IMG/VR virus record: IMGVR_UViG_2939020026_000003
Coordinates: 1-64,000 of that record
Reading direction: 5' to 3' (one strand)
DNA from: a virus
Lineage: Duplodnaviria > Caudoviricetes
Length of the DNA: 64,000 nt
Shown one piece after another: positions 18,736-28,153 of the stretch. The notes beneath the pieces are model-generated. The model saw nothing but the letters and a program-made list of their open reading frames with translations, ran no database searches and was not told the DNA's origin. Made by a program: the position numbers and the translations under genes. Within the stretch, counting starts at the first letter, position 1; each line of letters opens with the position of its first letter.

Positions 18736-19085
18736 TGATCAACGACAAGATGCGTGAAGAGTACGAAGCATGGGTTCTCAGCGAATTCCCGAACCAGCAC
18801 ATGGGCCAATTCGCCGATGGCGAGTATCACAGCACGACGCTCCAGTATTGCTGGATGGCATGGCAGGCAGCGCGCATCCCCTCTGGAGTGATCACGGCAA
18901 CTGCATGGCGAGTAATCGACGCAAGGGGTAAGCGCTTCACCGTCTACAACAAGGATTTGGCGTTAGCCATCAGCGAGGCGGGACTACACGTGGCTCCGAT
19001 GTGTGACGTTCCGCCAGAGGGCTGTGAGTGTAGTCGCAGTTCAGGTCATGAAGGGCCTTGCGCAGCATACGAGGTGAAGCCATGA
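18732..19085 (+). CDS. Hypothetical nin-region protein
   Basis: MREEYEAW...WMAWQAAR motif. Confidence 0.75.
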   Translation: MMINDKMREEYEAWVLSEFPNQHMGQFADGEYHSTTLQYCWMAWQAARIPSGVITATAWRVIDARGKRFTVYNKDLALAISEAGLHVAPMCDVPPEGCECSRSSGHEGPCAAYEVKP

Positions 19086-19270
19086 ACCGCGCAAACCCAG
19101 CAAAGCTTCGTCATTCGCTCCAAATGGCGCACGCCCTCGCAAAGTCCGGTATCGGCTTTGTGTGCATGCCCGTGGTGGACGAAGCCGACGGCAAAAACCT
19201 TGATGACCAGGCCCAGCAGCGCCTTGAGCGCATGGCATTGATCGCGGAATCAGCGGAGAGACAGGCATGA
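19082..19270 (+). CDS. Small phage protein (MNRANPAKLR...)
   Basis: ATGA-coupled; AKSGIGFVCMPV motif. Confidence 0.7.
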   Translation: MNRANPAKLRHSLQMAHALAKSGIGFVCMPVVDEADGKNLDDQAQQRLERMALIAESAERQA

Positions 19271-19440
19271 GCCTCGACAAGAAAAAACTTCGGGCTCAGT
19301 CCGAGCAAGGTTTCCAGGTTTTGAATGCTCCAGCGGTCATCTTGGCCCTACTGGAAGAAAACGATTTGCTTATCAAAGAATGCGCACGACTGAAAGAAGA
19401 TATTCAGGCCTTGCTGGAAAATCCGGGGGACGCGCTATGA
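19267..19440 (+). CDS. Small hypothetical protein (57 aa), not in the ORF track
   Basis: ATGA-coupled at both ends; NAPAVILALLEE. Confidence 0.65.
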   Translation: MSLDKKKLRAQSEQGFQVLNAPAVILALLEENDLLIKECARLKEDIQALLENPGDAL

Positions 19441-20351
19441 CCGTCGATATCGAAAAGCTGGAAACGCTGGCCGAGGCGGCTGAAAGGGTGAAGCCAGGAC
19501 GCTGGTATGTGCATCGTGATGGTCTCGGTTCGAATTTCGAACCTCATCCGCATCAGAACTATGGAGTTGATGACGGTCAGGGCTGCGTGGTGGTCTGGCA
19601 TGGCGTTGAGCGCAGTGGCGGAATTCCTCACGAAGAGGTTGCCGAGTTTATCGCCGCCGTCAACCCTGCCTCTGTGCTGGAGCTGATCGCCGACCAAAAG
19701 CGCATGGCCTCGCGCCTGCTGTGCTGCACGATGTGTGGCGGGCAAGGCGAGGTCTACAGCGGCCGCACCTCATACGAAGGGTACAACCAGCCGCCAGAGC
19801 CGATCATGGACAAGTGCGGTGAGTGTGATGGCGCTGGTGTCCTCGGCGATGAACAGGAGTGCCTATCGATCCTTGATGAGCTTGAACAGGTCAAAGCCGA
19901 GAACGCAGGCCTCAAGACCGGCTACGAAGCTTACGAGCGGGTGAATGCTGAGTTGACCCAGCGTATTGCAAATCTTGAGCTGTGCCAGACCGCCAGCCTG
20001 GGCGTAAGCGGGATCATCAAGTCTGCAGCAAGCGAGCTGGGTTTCAACGCAGCGGGCGAGGATAGCGCGCTGGATTATCTGATTGGGCTGGCGCGTAAAG
20101 CCGGTGCGTTGCGGGCTGAGTGCGAGGCGTTGCGCAGGGATGCCTCCCTTCATTCAAATCTCCAGCGAGCTGCGGGTGAGCTGCCGGGCGCATGGAGCAT
20201 CGGTTTATTCGTAGAGCGCCATGCTGGTTGGGTATCGCTTTTGGACGGCGATGGTTGCGAGTGCGAGTTAAGTGGGGAGGGGCATCTCGGCGAACAAGTA
20301 TCTGAAGCGCTCGAAGTGGCTTTGGAAATGAGCAAGGAGGCCGCCCAATGA
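19437..20351 (+). CDS. Ead/Ea22-like mosaic protein with DnaJ-type Zn finger
   Basis: FIAAVNPASVLELI, CTMCGGQG...CGECDGAG, coiled coil. Confidence 0.8.
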   Translation: MTVDIEKLETLAEAAERVKPGRWYVHRDGLGSNFEPHPHQNYGVDDGQGCVVVWHGVERSGGIPHEEVAEFIAAVNPASVLELIADQKRMASRLLCCTMCGGQGEVYSGRTSYEGYNQPPEPIMDKCGECDGAGVLGDEQECLSILDELEQVKAENAGLKTGYEAYERVNAELTQRIANLELCQTASLGVSGIIKSAASELGFNAAGEDSALDYLIGLARKAGALRAECEALRRDASLHSNLQRAAGELPGAWSIGLFVERHAGWVSLLDGDGCECELSGEGHLGEQVSEALEVALEMSKEAAQ

Positions 20352-20449
20352 TCCTCACTTGGGAGCAACTTCTAACCCTGCTCAACACCGCCGTGGTTCT
20401 GCCCAATGGTCGCGGCGGGTATTCGTTCTTGGAGGCGCGTCATGACTGA
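20348..20449 (+). CDS. 33-aa peptide, not in the ORF track
   Basis: AAGGAGG RBS, ATGA coupling. Confidence 0.5.
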   Translation: MILTWEQLLTLLNTAVVLPNGRGGYSFLEARHD

Positions 20450-20840
20450 GTTCGCCATCCGCAGCACGCAGGACTTAAACCGCTTGTACGGCGCACTTCA
20501 CGCCATCGACCTGACCAAGCCCAAGGTAGTGGTCATCAAGGACGAGAAACGCCCTGACGTCCTCAACCGCAAAATGTGGGCAATGCTTCGCGACGTATCC
20601 GAGCAGGTCGAGTGGTACGGCAAGAAGCTCACCAGCGAGGACTGGAAGTGCCTGTTCAGCGCCTCGGTCGAGAAGCAGCGCGCAGAGCCTGGGCTTGATG
20701 GCGGATTCGTCGTCATGGCCACCTCGACCCGCAAGCAGTCGGCAAAGTGGTTCAGTGATCTGTTCGAGGTCATGCAAGCGTTCGGCGCTGATCGCGGCGT
20801 CCGCTGGACCGAGGCGGACAAGTGGGGAGGGCGTTACTGA
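20442..20840 (+). CDS. ninB: NinB/Orf recombination protein
   Basis: NRKMWAMLRDVSEQVEWYG, PGLDGGFV, FGADRGV. Confidence 0.9.
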   Translation: MTEFAIRSTQDLNRLYGALHAIDLTKPKVVVIKDEKRPDVLNRKMWAMLRDVSEQVEWYGKKLTSEDWKCLFSASVEKQRAEPGLDGGFVVMATSTRKQSAKWFSDLFEVMQAFGADRGVRWTEADKWGGRY

Positions 20841-21100
20841 TGAGTCATCAATTCAAGCCTGGCGACCTGGCACTGACCCTGGTGGGCAATGATCTTTACC
20901 CCGTAATGACACAGGTCGAGCTAATCGAGACGCTGAATGCAGGCGATGTTTGGACCTATAAAGGACTGAAGTTTCCACTGCAAAAAGCGGTTTGGGTTTG
21001 TCGTTCGAGGTACTGGGAAATGATTTATCAGGCCAAAGACCTGATGCCCCTGCGCGGCAACTTCGCCCCTGAGAAGCAGAAAGCCAAGGAGGCCGCATGA
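20840..21100 (+). CDS. Hypothetical protein
   Basis: FKPGDLAL...LMPLRG motif, coupled. Confidence 0.75.
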   Translation: MSHQFKPGDLALTLVGNDLYPVMTQVELIETLNAGDVWTYKGLKFPLQKAVWVCRSRYWEMIYQAKDLMPLRGNFAPEKQKAKEAA

Positions 21101-21681
21101 CCATCGAACGGAAGCCAGCCAGGCCGAAGAAATGCCGCGTACCTGAGTGCGGGGCCTCATTCGTCCCGCAGAAGCTCGGGCAGGCGGTATGCAGTCCGGC
21201 GTGCGCGATCATTGATGCGCCGAGGAACCAGGCCAAGGCCCGTAAAGCCCTGGCCCAGGTCGAGCGGTCCGAGATCAAGGTTCGCAAGGAGAAGCTGAAG
21301 TCCCGCAGCGATCACATGAAGGACACCCAGCAGGCGTTCAACGAGTGGGTTCGCCACCGCGACGCCTCGCTGCCTTGTGTGAGCTGCGGCCGCCATCATG
21401 AAGGCAAGTACGACGCAGGCCATTACCGGACAGTCGGGAGCAACCCTGCGCTGCGCTTTGAGCCGCTGAACTGCCACCGCCAGTGCTCGCCGTGCAACAC
21501 CCAGCTTTCCGGGAACATCGTCAACTACCGAATAGAGCTGGTACGCCGCATCGGCGTCGTGAATGTCGAATGGCTTGAGGGACCGCACGAGCCTCAGAAG
21601 TACACCATCGAAGAACTGAAATCCATGACGGCCAAGTACCGGGCACTGACCAGAGAATTGAAGAAAGGAGAAGCGGCATGA
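21097..21681 (+). CDS. ninG: NinG/Rap Holliday-junction endonuclease
   Basis: CVSCG, DAGHYRTVGS, NCHRQCSPCN. Confidence 0.92.
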   Translation: MTIERKPARPKKCRVPECGASFVPQKLGQAVCSPACAIIDAPRNQAKARKALAQVERSEIKVRKEKLKSRSDHMKDTQQAFNEWVRHRDASLPCVSCGRHHEGKYDAGHYRTVGSNPALRFEPLNCHRQCSPCNTQLSGNIVNYRIELVRRIGVVNVEWLEGPHEPQKYTIEELKSMTAKYRALTRELKKGEAA

Positions 21682-22223
21682 TGTATCGGAACGTTGTAGC
21701 AGCAGTGGTCCGGGCGCTGGCCGCGGAAACCATCAACTCGGCGGGCGGGTGCGATTTTGAACCAAAGGTGCAGTGCGCCAAGCAGAAGGGAGAGATCGTC
21801 GGCAAGGAGGCTGCATTGCTGGCTGACTGCTGGGTGTTTGGCCGACTGCACAAGGCGCTTAGCCCAGAACACTGGCGTGCGTTGGTTGCAAAGTATTCGA
21901 CGCACGATGAGCGCAAGCATGCGGCCATCCTGGAACTGATCAAGGTAGTTCGCTCTCCAGCAACCCAACGTTTTCGTGAATGCGCGGTGCTGACATGGGC
22001 AATACCTCAGGTCGCAGGCGCAAGCGGTAAAAGGTCTTGCGCAGTGCTTCCTGCCGGCTGGTACGACATCACCAATTGGGATAACGACGGGAAGCCGGAG
22101 TCGACTCGGTACAGGTGGAGATCGGGTATTCGCAAGGGGCTGGACGATCAGGTCAATGAGGCCCTCTCTGCGGCTCAGGAGCTACTGGATCAAGAGGGGC
22201 TGCTAGAGGTCTGCGCTGCATAA
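21678..22223 (+). CDS. Probable late-gene antiterminator (Q position)
   Basis: Last delayed-early gene before the late promoter; inferred from position. Confidence 0.6.
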   Translation: MMYRNVVAAVVRALAAETINSAGGCDFEPKVQCAKQKGEIVGKEAALLADCWVFGRLHKALSPEHWRALVAKYSTHDERKHAAILELIKVVRSPATQRFRECAVLTWAIPQVAGASGKRSCAVLPAGWYDITNWDNDGKPESTRYRWRSGIRKGLDDQVNEALSAAQELLDQEGLLEVCAA

Positions 22224-22284
22224 ATAAACCATGAGCGCGGCCAATGTCGGCCGCGCACACCTGATGATCGATTAGGAGCAGGCC

Positions 22285-22785
22285 TTGATTGCCCAGACAC
22301 AGCTCAAAGAGCTTCTTCATTACGACCCGCAAACGGGAATATTCACATGGAAGGTAGCCAGAGGCAGCAAGGCTGCTGGATCGCCCGCCGGCACCGACAA
22401 TCGCGGATATCTGGTGACCCGACTGTTCAGGGTTGGCTATGCGAACCATCGTCTGGCTTGGCTCTACATGTATGGGAAATTCCCGGAACTGGATATTGAT
22501 CATATAAACCGGATCAAGCATGACAACCGGATAGTGAACTTGAGGGAGGCGACGGCCTCGCAGAACCAGCAAAACACTACAGCTCATCGCGACTCAACGA
22601 CTGGAGTGAAAGGCGTCAGCTGGAGCAAGAGGAGCAGGCGATATCGTGCTGCCATAAGTGTGGGTGGGAAGAGGACTATCATCGGCTATTACGGAAGCAT
22701 TGCCGAGGCTGCAATTGCATACGCCAAGGCTGCTGACAGCCTGCATGGCGACTTTGCAAGAGCCCATCGAATAAGCGTTGACTGA
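22285..22785 (+). CDS. HNH homing endonuclease with AP2 domain
   Basis: NHRLAWLY, IDHINR, DNRIVNLR, TTGVKGV. Confidence 0.9.
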   Translation: MIAQTQLKELLHYDPQTGIFTWKVARGSKAAGSPAGTDNRGYLVTRLFRVGYANHRLAWLYMYGKFPELDIDHINRIKHDNRIVNLREATASQNQQNTTAHRDSTTGVKGVSWSKRSRRYRAAISVGGKRTIIGYYGSIAEAAIAYAKAADSLHGDFARAHRISVD

Positions 22786-22807
22786 AGTGAGAGAATGAGA
22801 GTAAAGT
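22778..22807 (+). promoter_or_regulatory. Late promoter PR'
   Basis: TTGACT-N18-TAAAGT followed about 40 nt later by a strong terminator. Confidence 0.6.
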
Positions 22808-22845
22808 TCATTATCTTAGGAATTCTACGCTTACATAGATACCAC

Positions 22846-22880
22846 AAAAGCCCGGCTTAACCGTCGGGCTTTTCATTTTT
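22846..22880 (+). terminator. tR'-like terminator
   Basis: AAAAGCCCGGC...GTCGGGCTTTT followed by T-rich tail. Confidence 0.75.
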
Positions 22881-22881
22881 A

Positions 22882-22980
22882 TGCAGATGATTGCGCAAGC
22901 TGAAGCGCTACAACCGAAGGCCGCTCGTAAGTCCGGGACCGGGGGATGAAAGCGTCGGAGATCAGCACCGACCATCTGCA
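22882..22980 (+). ncRNA. C4-like antisense/tRNA-like RNA (late leader)
   Basis: TGCAGATG/CATCTGCA stem, GCGCAAGCTGAAGCGC, GTCGGAGATCAGCACCGAC; followed by CCCA. Confidence 0.75.
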
Positions 22981-23032
22981 CCCATTCCAAGGCTCGCCAT
23001 ATCGGCGGGCCTTTTTTGTTTCCGGAGTAAAG

Positions 23033-23404
23033 ATGGACCCAACCGACCTCGGCCCAGGCACAGCTACCTGGCTGGGCGGTACGGGCACAATCCTGCTGGG
23101 CGGCTTCCTGTGGCTGAGGAAATTCCTCTCCAAGGACGCTGCCGACCGCGCCATGGACAACGCCGATATCGGTACTGTCCGCAGGCTGAACGAACTGCTC
23201 GACTCTGAACGGGTTGCCCGCAAAGAGGCTGAGGCCCGTGCCGACCAGTTCGCCAAAGAACGCAACGAGCTGGCTGCAGCTGTCGGCCGTATGGAAGGGA
23301 AGATCGAAGCCCTTACCAGCCAGGTATCCCAGCTCACTGACAAAGTGACCAGCCAAAGCGCTGAGATCGCTCGTCTGCGTGCACAGCTCGGAGGTATCAA
23401 CTGA
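23033..23404 (+). CDS. Putative holin-like protein (1 TM + coiled coil)
   Basis: First late gene; N-terminal hydrophobic helix. Confidence 0.6.
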   Translation: MDPTDLGPGTATWLGGTGTILLGGFLWLRKFLSKDAADRAMDNADIGTVRRLNELLDSERVARKEAEARADQFAKERNELAAAVGRMEGKIEALTSQVSQLTDKVTSQSAEIARLRAQLGGIN

Positions 23405-23742
23405 TGGAAAGATGCGCAATTGATTTCATCGCTCGCCGCTGGTGGAGACGGGTGGAGGTGTGGGTGATTGCCTTGCTTCTGGTAACCGGCTCGTTCGCGC
23501 TGGGCTTCGGTGCATCGCAATGGTCGCTTGCCAGTTGGTACAGCGCCCAGGTCGCCGAAGTGCGCCGGGGTTACGACGAGGCCACCGTTCAGCGCGACAT
23601 GCGCTTGAACAAGCTGGCCAAGTCCGCCACCGAGGCAGCCGTCAAGGTTGAGGGAGCTGCGGGTAAGGCCACGGAAGCGGCAGAGGTGGCCAGCAAGGCA
23701 GCCGACAAGGTCAACGAGGCGGTAGAGCGGCAGACGCCGTAA
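23404..23742 (+). CDS. Membrane protein, lysis-region partner
   Basis: TM segment after RRWWRR; coupled. Confidence 0.7.
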   Translation: MERCAIDFIARRWWRRVEVWVIALLLVTGSFALGFGASQWSLASWYSAQVAEVRRGYDEATVQRDMRLNKLAKSATEAAVKVEGAAGKATEAAEVASKAADKVNEAVERQTP

Positions 23743-23787
23743 CGCGCCACAGATTCAGACGCTGCCATTTCGTGGCGCGGAGTGACC

Positions 23788-24006
23788 ATGCCCCATCCCA
23801 CTTTCCATAGTGCCTGTGACGGCCGTGGTCTCAGGCGCGTGCACGCGAATGGCAATGAGATCACTCATGTGCTCTGGTGCGATACTGACGCCGGAGTCGT
23901 GGTATTCGTGCCTCAGCCCATGAGGGTCAAGCGCACTGCTCGCGACAAAGCCTATACCAGGCGATTGCGCGGGCGAGTAACAGTTACTCCTTTCGATGGT
24001 GATTGA
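23788..24006 (+). CDS. Small hypothetical protein
   Basis: GGAG RBS; ORF of 72 aa. Confidence 0.6.
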   Translation: MPHPTFHSACDGRGLRRVHANGNEITHVLWCDTDAGVVVFVPQPMRVKRTARDKAYTRRLRGRVTVTPFDGD

Positions 24007-24008
24007 AC

Positions 24009-24185
24009 ATGGCCAAGGCAGAGTTGGTTGTCAGCGTGAAGGTCTGCTGGTGGCTGCGCGTCTACTTGTGCGGTGTGGCGCTTATGTCAGACCTCACAGG
24101 CCTTGAGCCTGATCCAGACAAAGTGGGTATCTGGTTGAAGCGCGGGGTACGTGTCATATGCAAGTTAAAAAGAACTGGCAAGTAA
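24009..24185 (+). CDS. Small hypothetical protein
   Basis: VKVCWWLRVYL...TGLEPD motif. Confidence 0.6.
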   Translation: MAKAELVVSVKVCWWLRVYLCGVALMSDLTGLEPDPDKVGIWLKRGVRVICKLKRTGK

Positions 24186-24299
24186 CGACGCCCGGCCACA
24201 AACCCTTCCCGATGATCCTTCTTGAGTGCGCCCTCGATCAGGCTGGCGCGCTTGCCTTTGCCCGGTCGATCTGGCCGCGCTGCACAGTGGAGTAAAGCA

Positions 24300-24923
24300 A
24301 TGATTCGTCCGATGCCGCCAGCCAATATGCTGAGGGAGTCGGAAGATTCAGATGTGTTCATGCGCCTGGTTCCAGCCAAAGACGTATGGGGATGGATTCA
24401 AAGCGAGATCCTCGCCGACACCGGCAGCATTCACAACGAAGACCATGCCCATCTGATCGACGCTGACATCTGCATCATGTGGGCCTCGTCAGCATTCACG
24501 AAGCAGGGGCGCACAGTGCTGGGCCAGGCCGAACAGGTTGCGTTCCGTGCCGGTGGTTGGCAGAAAGCCCGGATGGAACAGCAGATGCGTGACTGGTTCG
24601 GCTACGTCCCGGCCTACATCATCACTCTGGCCGCCGATTACTGCTCACAGTGCAGTGATGCAGACTTCTGCGCACTGGTTGAGCATGAGCTGTACCACAT
24701 TGCCCAGGCAGCCGATCAGTACGGCGCGCCCAAGTTCACGCAAGACGGGTTACCGAAGCTTGAGATGCGCGGTCATGACGTCGAAGAGTTTGTCGGTGTG
24801 GTCCGTCGCTATGGGGCAAGCCCGGACGTCCAGCTGCTGGTCGATGCTGCAAACAAGCCCGCTGAGGTGGGCAAACTCAACATATCGAGGGCCTGCGGAA
24901 CCTGTCTGCTCAAGTCGGCCTGA
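24300..24923 (+). CDS. Putative phage metallopeptidase
   Basis: LVEHELYH zinc motif, HDVEEF..VVRRYG. Confidence 0.85.
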   Translation: MIRPMPPANMLRESEDSDVFMRLVPAKDVWGWIQSEILADTGSIHNEDHAHLIDADICIMWASSAFTKQGRTVLGQAEQVAFRAGGWQKARMEQQMRDWFGYVPAYIITLAADYCSQCSDADFCALVEHELYHIAQAADQYGAPKFTQDGLPKLEMRGHDVEEFVGVVRRYGASPDVQLLVDAANKPAEVGKLNISRACGTCLLKSA

Positions 24924-24955
24924 CTCCATGACAGGTCATGACGGATGGAAATCAT

Positions 24956-25417
24956 ATGGCGGTACTACGAAGCGAGGTCAAAGCCTTCATTGTTCAGGCT
25001 TTGGCCTGCTTTGATACGCCATCACAGGTAGTTGCAGCGGTCAAGACAGAGTTCGGGATTGAGATCACCCGGCAGCAGTGCGAATCACACGACCCTACAA
25101 AGTTCGCCGGTCAACGCCTTGGCAAGAATTGGGCTGAGCTTTTCCATGCTGCTCGGCAACGATTCCGCGAAGAGACGACAGAGATTCCAATCGCCAACCG
25201 CGCTTACCGACTTCGTGGTCTGGGTCGAATGGCTGAGAAGGCCGAGAGCATGCGCAACTTGGCTCTCACCGCTCAGCTGTACGAGCAGGCGGCGAAAGAA
25301 GTTGGCGACGTGTACGTGAACCGGCAGACCAAAAACGAAAACCCTCACGATAATGTGCCGCCGTCGCGTGTGCAGGTTGATGTAGTGGATGCGAGGAAGC
25401 CCGATGCCGACGCTTAA
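24956..25417 (+). CDS. terS: Terminase small subunit (DUF2280-like)
   Basis: KAFIVQALACFDTPSQV, EQAAKEVG; upstream of TerL. Confidence 0.85.
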   Translation: MAVLRSEVKAFIVQALACFDTPSQVVAAVKTEFGIEITRQQCESHDPTKFAGQRLGKNWAELFHAARQRFREETTEIPIANRAYRLRGLGRMAEKAESMRNLALTAQLYEQAAKEVGDVYVNRQTKNENPHDNVPPSRVQVDVVDARKPDADA

Positions 25418-26705
25418 CGTCCCGCAGGCGCGATTCCTTCAGATGGAGAACAAGTTCCGAGGGTTCGTTGCTGGGTTTGGTTCAGGCAAGACGTGGGTAG
25501 GCTGCGCGGGCATCTGCAAGCATGTTTGGGAGTGGCCGCGCATCAACTCGGGCTATTTTGCGCCCACCTACCCGCAGATCCGGGACATCTTCTTTCCGAC
25601 TATCGAAGAGGTAGCGTTCGACTGGGGCCTCAAGGTCAAGACGAAGGAAAGCGACAAGGAGGTCGAGTTCTACAGTGGTGGGCAGTACCGCAGCACCACC
25701 ATATGCAGATCGATGGAGAAACCGCAGACTATCGTAGGCTTCAAGATCGGTCATGCGCTGGTCGATGAGCTGGACGTTCTTCCAGCGCTCAAGGCTGAAC
25801 ACGCCTGGCGCAAGATCATCGCCCGTATGCGCTACAACGCCCCAGGGCTGAAGAACGGCGTAGACGTCACGACGACGCCTGAGGGGTTCAAGTTCGTTTA
25901 CCAGCAGTTCGTGAAACAGTTGCGCGAAAAGCCGGGTATGCAAGGCATGTATGGCCTTGTCCAGGCCAGCACCTTCGACAACGAGCTGAACCTGCCGCCC
26001 GACTACATCCCATCGCTGATGGAGTCTTACCCTCCACAGCTGATCCTGGCCTACCTCAACGGCCAGTTCGTGAACCTAAACGCCGGCTCGATCTATCACG
26101 CTTATGACCGGAAGCTGAACGGTTGCTTCGACAGCGTCCAGGATGGGGAGCCGCTGTTTATCGGCATGGACTTCAACGTCGGCAAGATGGCGGCTATCAC
26201 GCACGTCAAGCGCGCAGACGGCAAGCCAAGGGCTGTTGATGAGTTCATTGATGGCTTCGATACGCCAGACATGATTCGCCGCATCAAGGAGCGCTACTGG
26301 CGCTACAACGGCAAAGACTACGAAAAGACCTGCGAAATCAGGATCTACCCGGACGCATCGGGCGGTTCCCGCAAATCGGTGAACGCCAGCGAAACGGACA
26401 TTGCCATCCTGCGCCAGGCGGGATTCAGCGTTATTGCGCCGGACGCCAACCCGCCAGTGAAAGATCGCATCAACGCGATGAACGCCATGTTCTGCAATGC
26501 CAATGGCGAGAGGCGCTACCTCATCAACCCGCTGCGCTGTCCGACCTACGCGGATGGCTTGGAGCAGCAGGTGTGGGGCCCTAACGGCGAGCCCGACAAG
26601 AAGTCCGGCGTGGACCATGCGAACGATGCTGGCGGGTATTTCATCCACCACGACTACCCGATCATAAAGCCGATGACCCACATCCCTGTCACATTCACAT
26701 TCTGA
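25404..26705 (+). CDS. terL: Terminase large subunit
   Basis: AGFGSGKT, LVDE, GMDFN, DHANDA. Confidence 0.95.
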   Translation: MPTLNVPQARFLQMENKFRGFVAGFGSGKTWVGCAGICKHVWEWPRINSGYFAPTYPQIRDIFFPTIEEVAFDWGLKVKTKESDKEVEFYSGGQYRSTTICRSMEKPQTIVGFKIGHALVDELDVLPALKAEHAWRKIIARMRYNAPGLKNGVDVTTTPEGFKFVYQQFVKQLREKPGMQGMYGLVQASTFDNELNLPPDYIPSLMESYPPQLILAYLNGQFVNLNAGSIYHAYDRKLNGCFDSVQDGEPLFIGMDFNVGKMAAITHVKRADGKPRAVDEFIDGFDTPDMIRRIKERYWRYNGKDYEKTCEIRIYPDASGGSRKSVNASETDIAILRQAGFSVIAPDANPPVKDRINAMNAMFCNANGERRYLINPLRCPTYADGLEQQVWGPNGEPDKKSGVDHANDAGGYFIHHDYPIIKPMTHIPVTFTF

Positions 26706-26713
26706 GGCCAACC

Positions 26714-28153
26714 ATGCCTAATTTTATCCCCCGGGCGGAATACTCGGAGGCTTTGCCCGGCTGGCTAATGGTCAAGCGGTGTGTGGCTGGCGCGAGAGAG
26801 GTGCGTAAGCACGACGAATACCTGCCAATGCCTGACCCGGAGAACAAAACCCCCGAGAATCAGGCGCGGTACAAGCAGTACAAGAAGCGCGCCATGTTCC
26901 TGAACATTACCGGGCGCACGCGCACTGGACTCATGGGGGCAGTGTTCCGCAAAACTGCAGAGCTGAGTCTCCCTGCTGGTCTCGAGTACATCAAGGAAAA
27001 CGCCAGCGGCGATGGAGCCAGCCTTGAGCAACTTTCCAAGGAAGCAGTGGGCGAGTGCCTAGAAGCTGGGCGGGGCGGGTTCCTAGCAGACTTCCCCCCA
27101 GTAGAGGGTGTGTCGTCAGTAGCCGACATGAAGGGTCGTCGAGCCTTGGTGCATCACTATGACGCGCTTTCGATCATTGATTGGGAGGAGCAGGTAATTG
27201 ATGGCGTTAAGCGCTTAGTTTACGTGTGCTTAAAGGAGTGTGTATCGGAGTTCAGTGCGGAAAACCTTGATCGTATCCAGGCCACCCAGTACCGGGTTTT
27301 GTTGCTGGCCGAGGGCCGATACGTGCAGCGGGTTTATGCTGATAACGGCAATGTATTCGCTGAAACCGAGCCGAGAGACAGGCTTGGCAACCCATTCAGT
27401 CACATTCCATTCAGCTTCTACGGATCGCAGAACAACGACGCCAGCATCGACAAGTCACCACTGGAAGACTTGGCCGATGTGAACATCTTGCATTACGGCA
27501 ACAGCGCCACTGTGGAAGAGTCGGGGTTCATCAGCTCACAGCCAACCCTGTTCATCACCACAGACATTCAGCCTGACGAGTTCTTGAGGCTGAACCCGAA
27601 TGGCATGCACATAGGCTCGACCCGTGGCTACAACCTTGGCAAGAGCGGTACCGCTACCCTAGTCCAGGCAACCGAAAGCCAACTGGCGCGCACGCTGCTG
27701 AAGGACAAGGAAGAACAGATGCTGATGATCGGCGCTCGAATCGTCCAAAAGGCTGGCGGTGCTGAAACTGCCGAGGCGGTCCGCATTCGTTACAGTTCGG
27801 ACAACAGCGTGCTTGGCACCATCGCAGGCAACGTATCGGAGGCCCTAAAGAAAGCCATTCTGGATGCTCAGCGCTTCATGATTGGCGAGCCAGACGAAGA
27901 GTCCACAATCTTCTGGCTCAATCAGGCGTTCTTCGACGAGACCATGACTGCGCAGGAAATTCTTGCTCAGGTCCAGCTATGGCAGCAGGGCATCATCGCC
28001 AAGTCGGATGTTCGAACCAACCTCCGCCAAGGCGGGATTCTGGAGGCGGATCGAACAGATGAAGACATCGACGAAGAGCGCGAGGCAGACGCGCCAGTGC
28101 TTGGGAGTGAGCCGAATCAACCGTCGGTGATCGGTGAAGGCAATGAGCAGTGA
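26714..28153 (+). CDS. Portal protein (DUF4055-like)
   Basis: 479 aa after TerL; YKKRAMF, PLEDLA, TAEAVRI. Confidence 0.9.
   Translation: MPNFIPRAEYSEALPGWLMVKRCVAGAREVRKHDEYLPMPDPENKTPENQARYKQYKKRAMFLNITGRTRTGLMGAVFRKTAELSLPAGLEYIKENASGDGASLEQLSKEAVGECLEAGRGGFLADFPPVEGVSSVADMKGRRALVHHYDALSIIDWEEQVIDGVKRLVYVCLKECVSEFSAENLDRIQATQYRVLLLAEGRYVQRVYADNGNVFAETEPRDRLGNPFSHIPFSFYGSQNNDASIDKSPLEDLADVNILHYGNSATVEESGFISSQPTLFITTDIQPDEFLRLNPNGMHIGSTRGYNLGKSGTATLVQATESQLARTLLKDKEEQMLMIGARIVQKAGGAETAEAVRIRYSSDNSVLGTIAGNVSEALKKAILDAQRFMIGEPDEESTIFWLNQAFFDETMTAQEILAQVQLWQQGIIAKSDVRTNLRQGGILEADRTDEDIDEEREADAPVLGSEPNQPSVIGEGNEQ

Noticed and set aside
7086-22223. Many early proteins end in -AA (ssrA-like ClpX degron), tempting a link to the Clp-fold protease moron
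   Set aside because: Common in lambdoid phages and partly explained by SD plus GCATGA translational coupling; no evidence linking it to the moron
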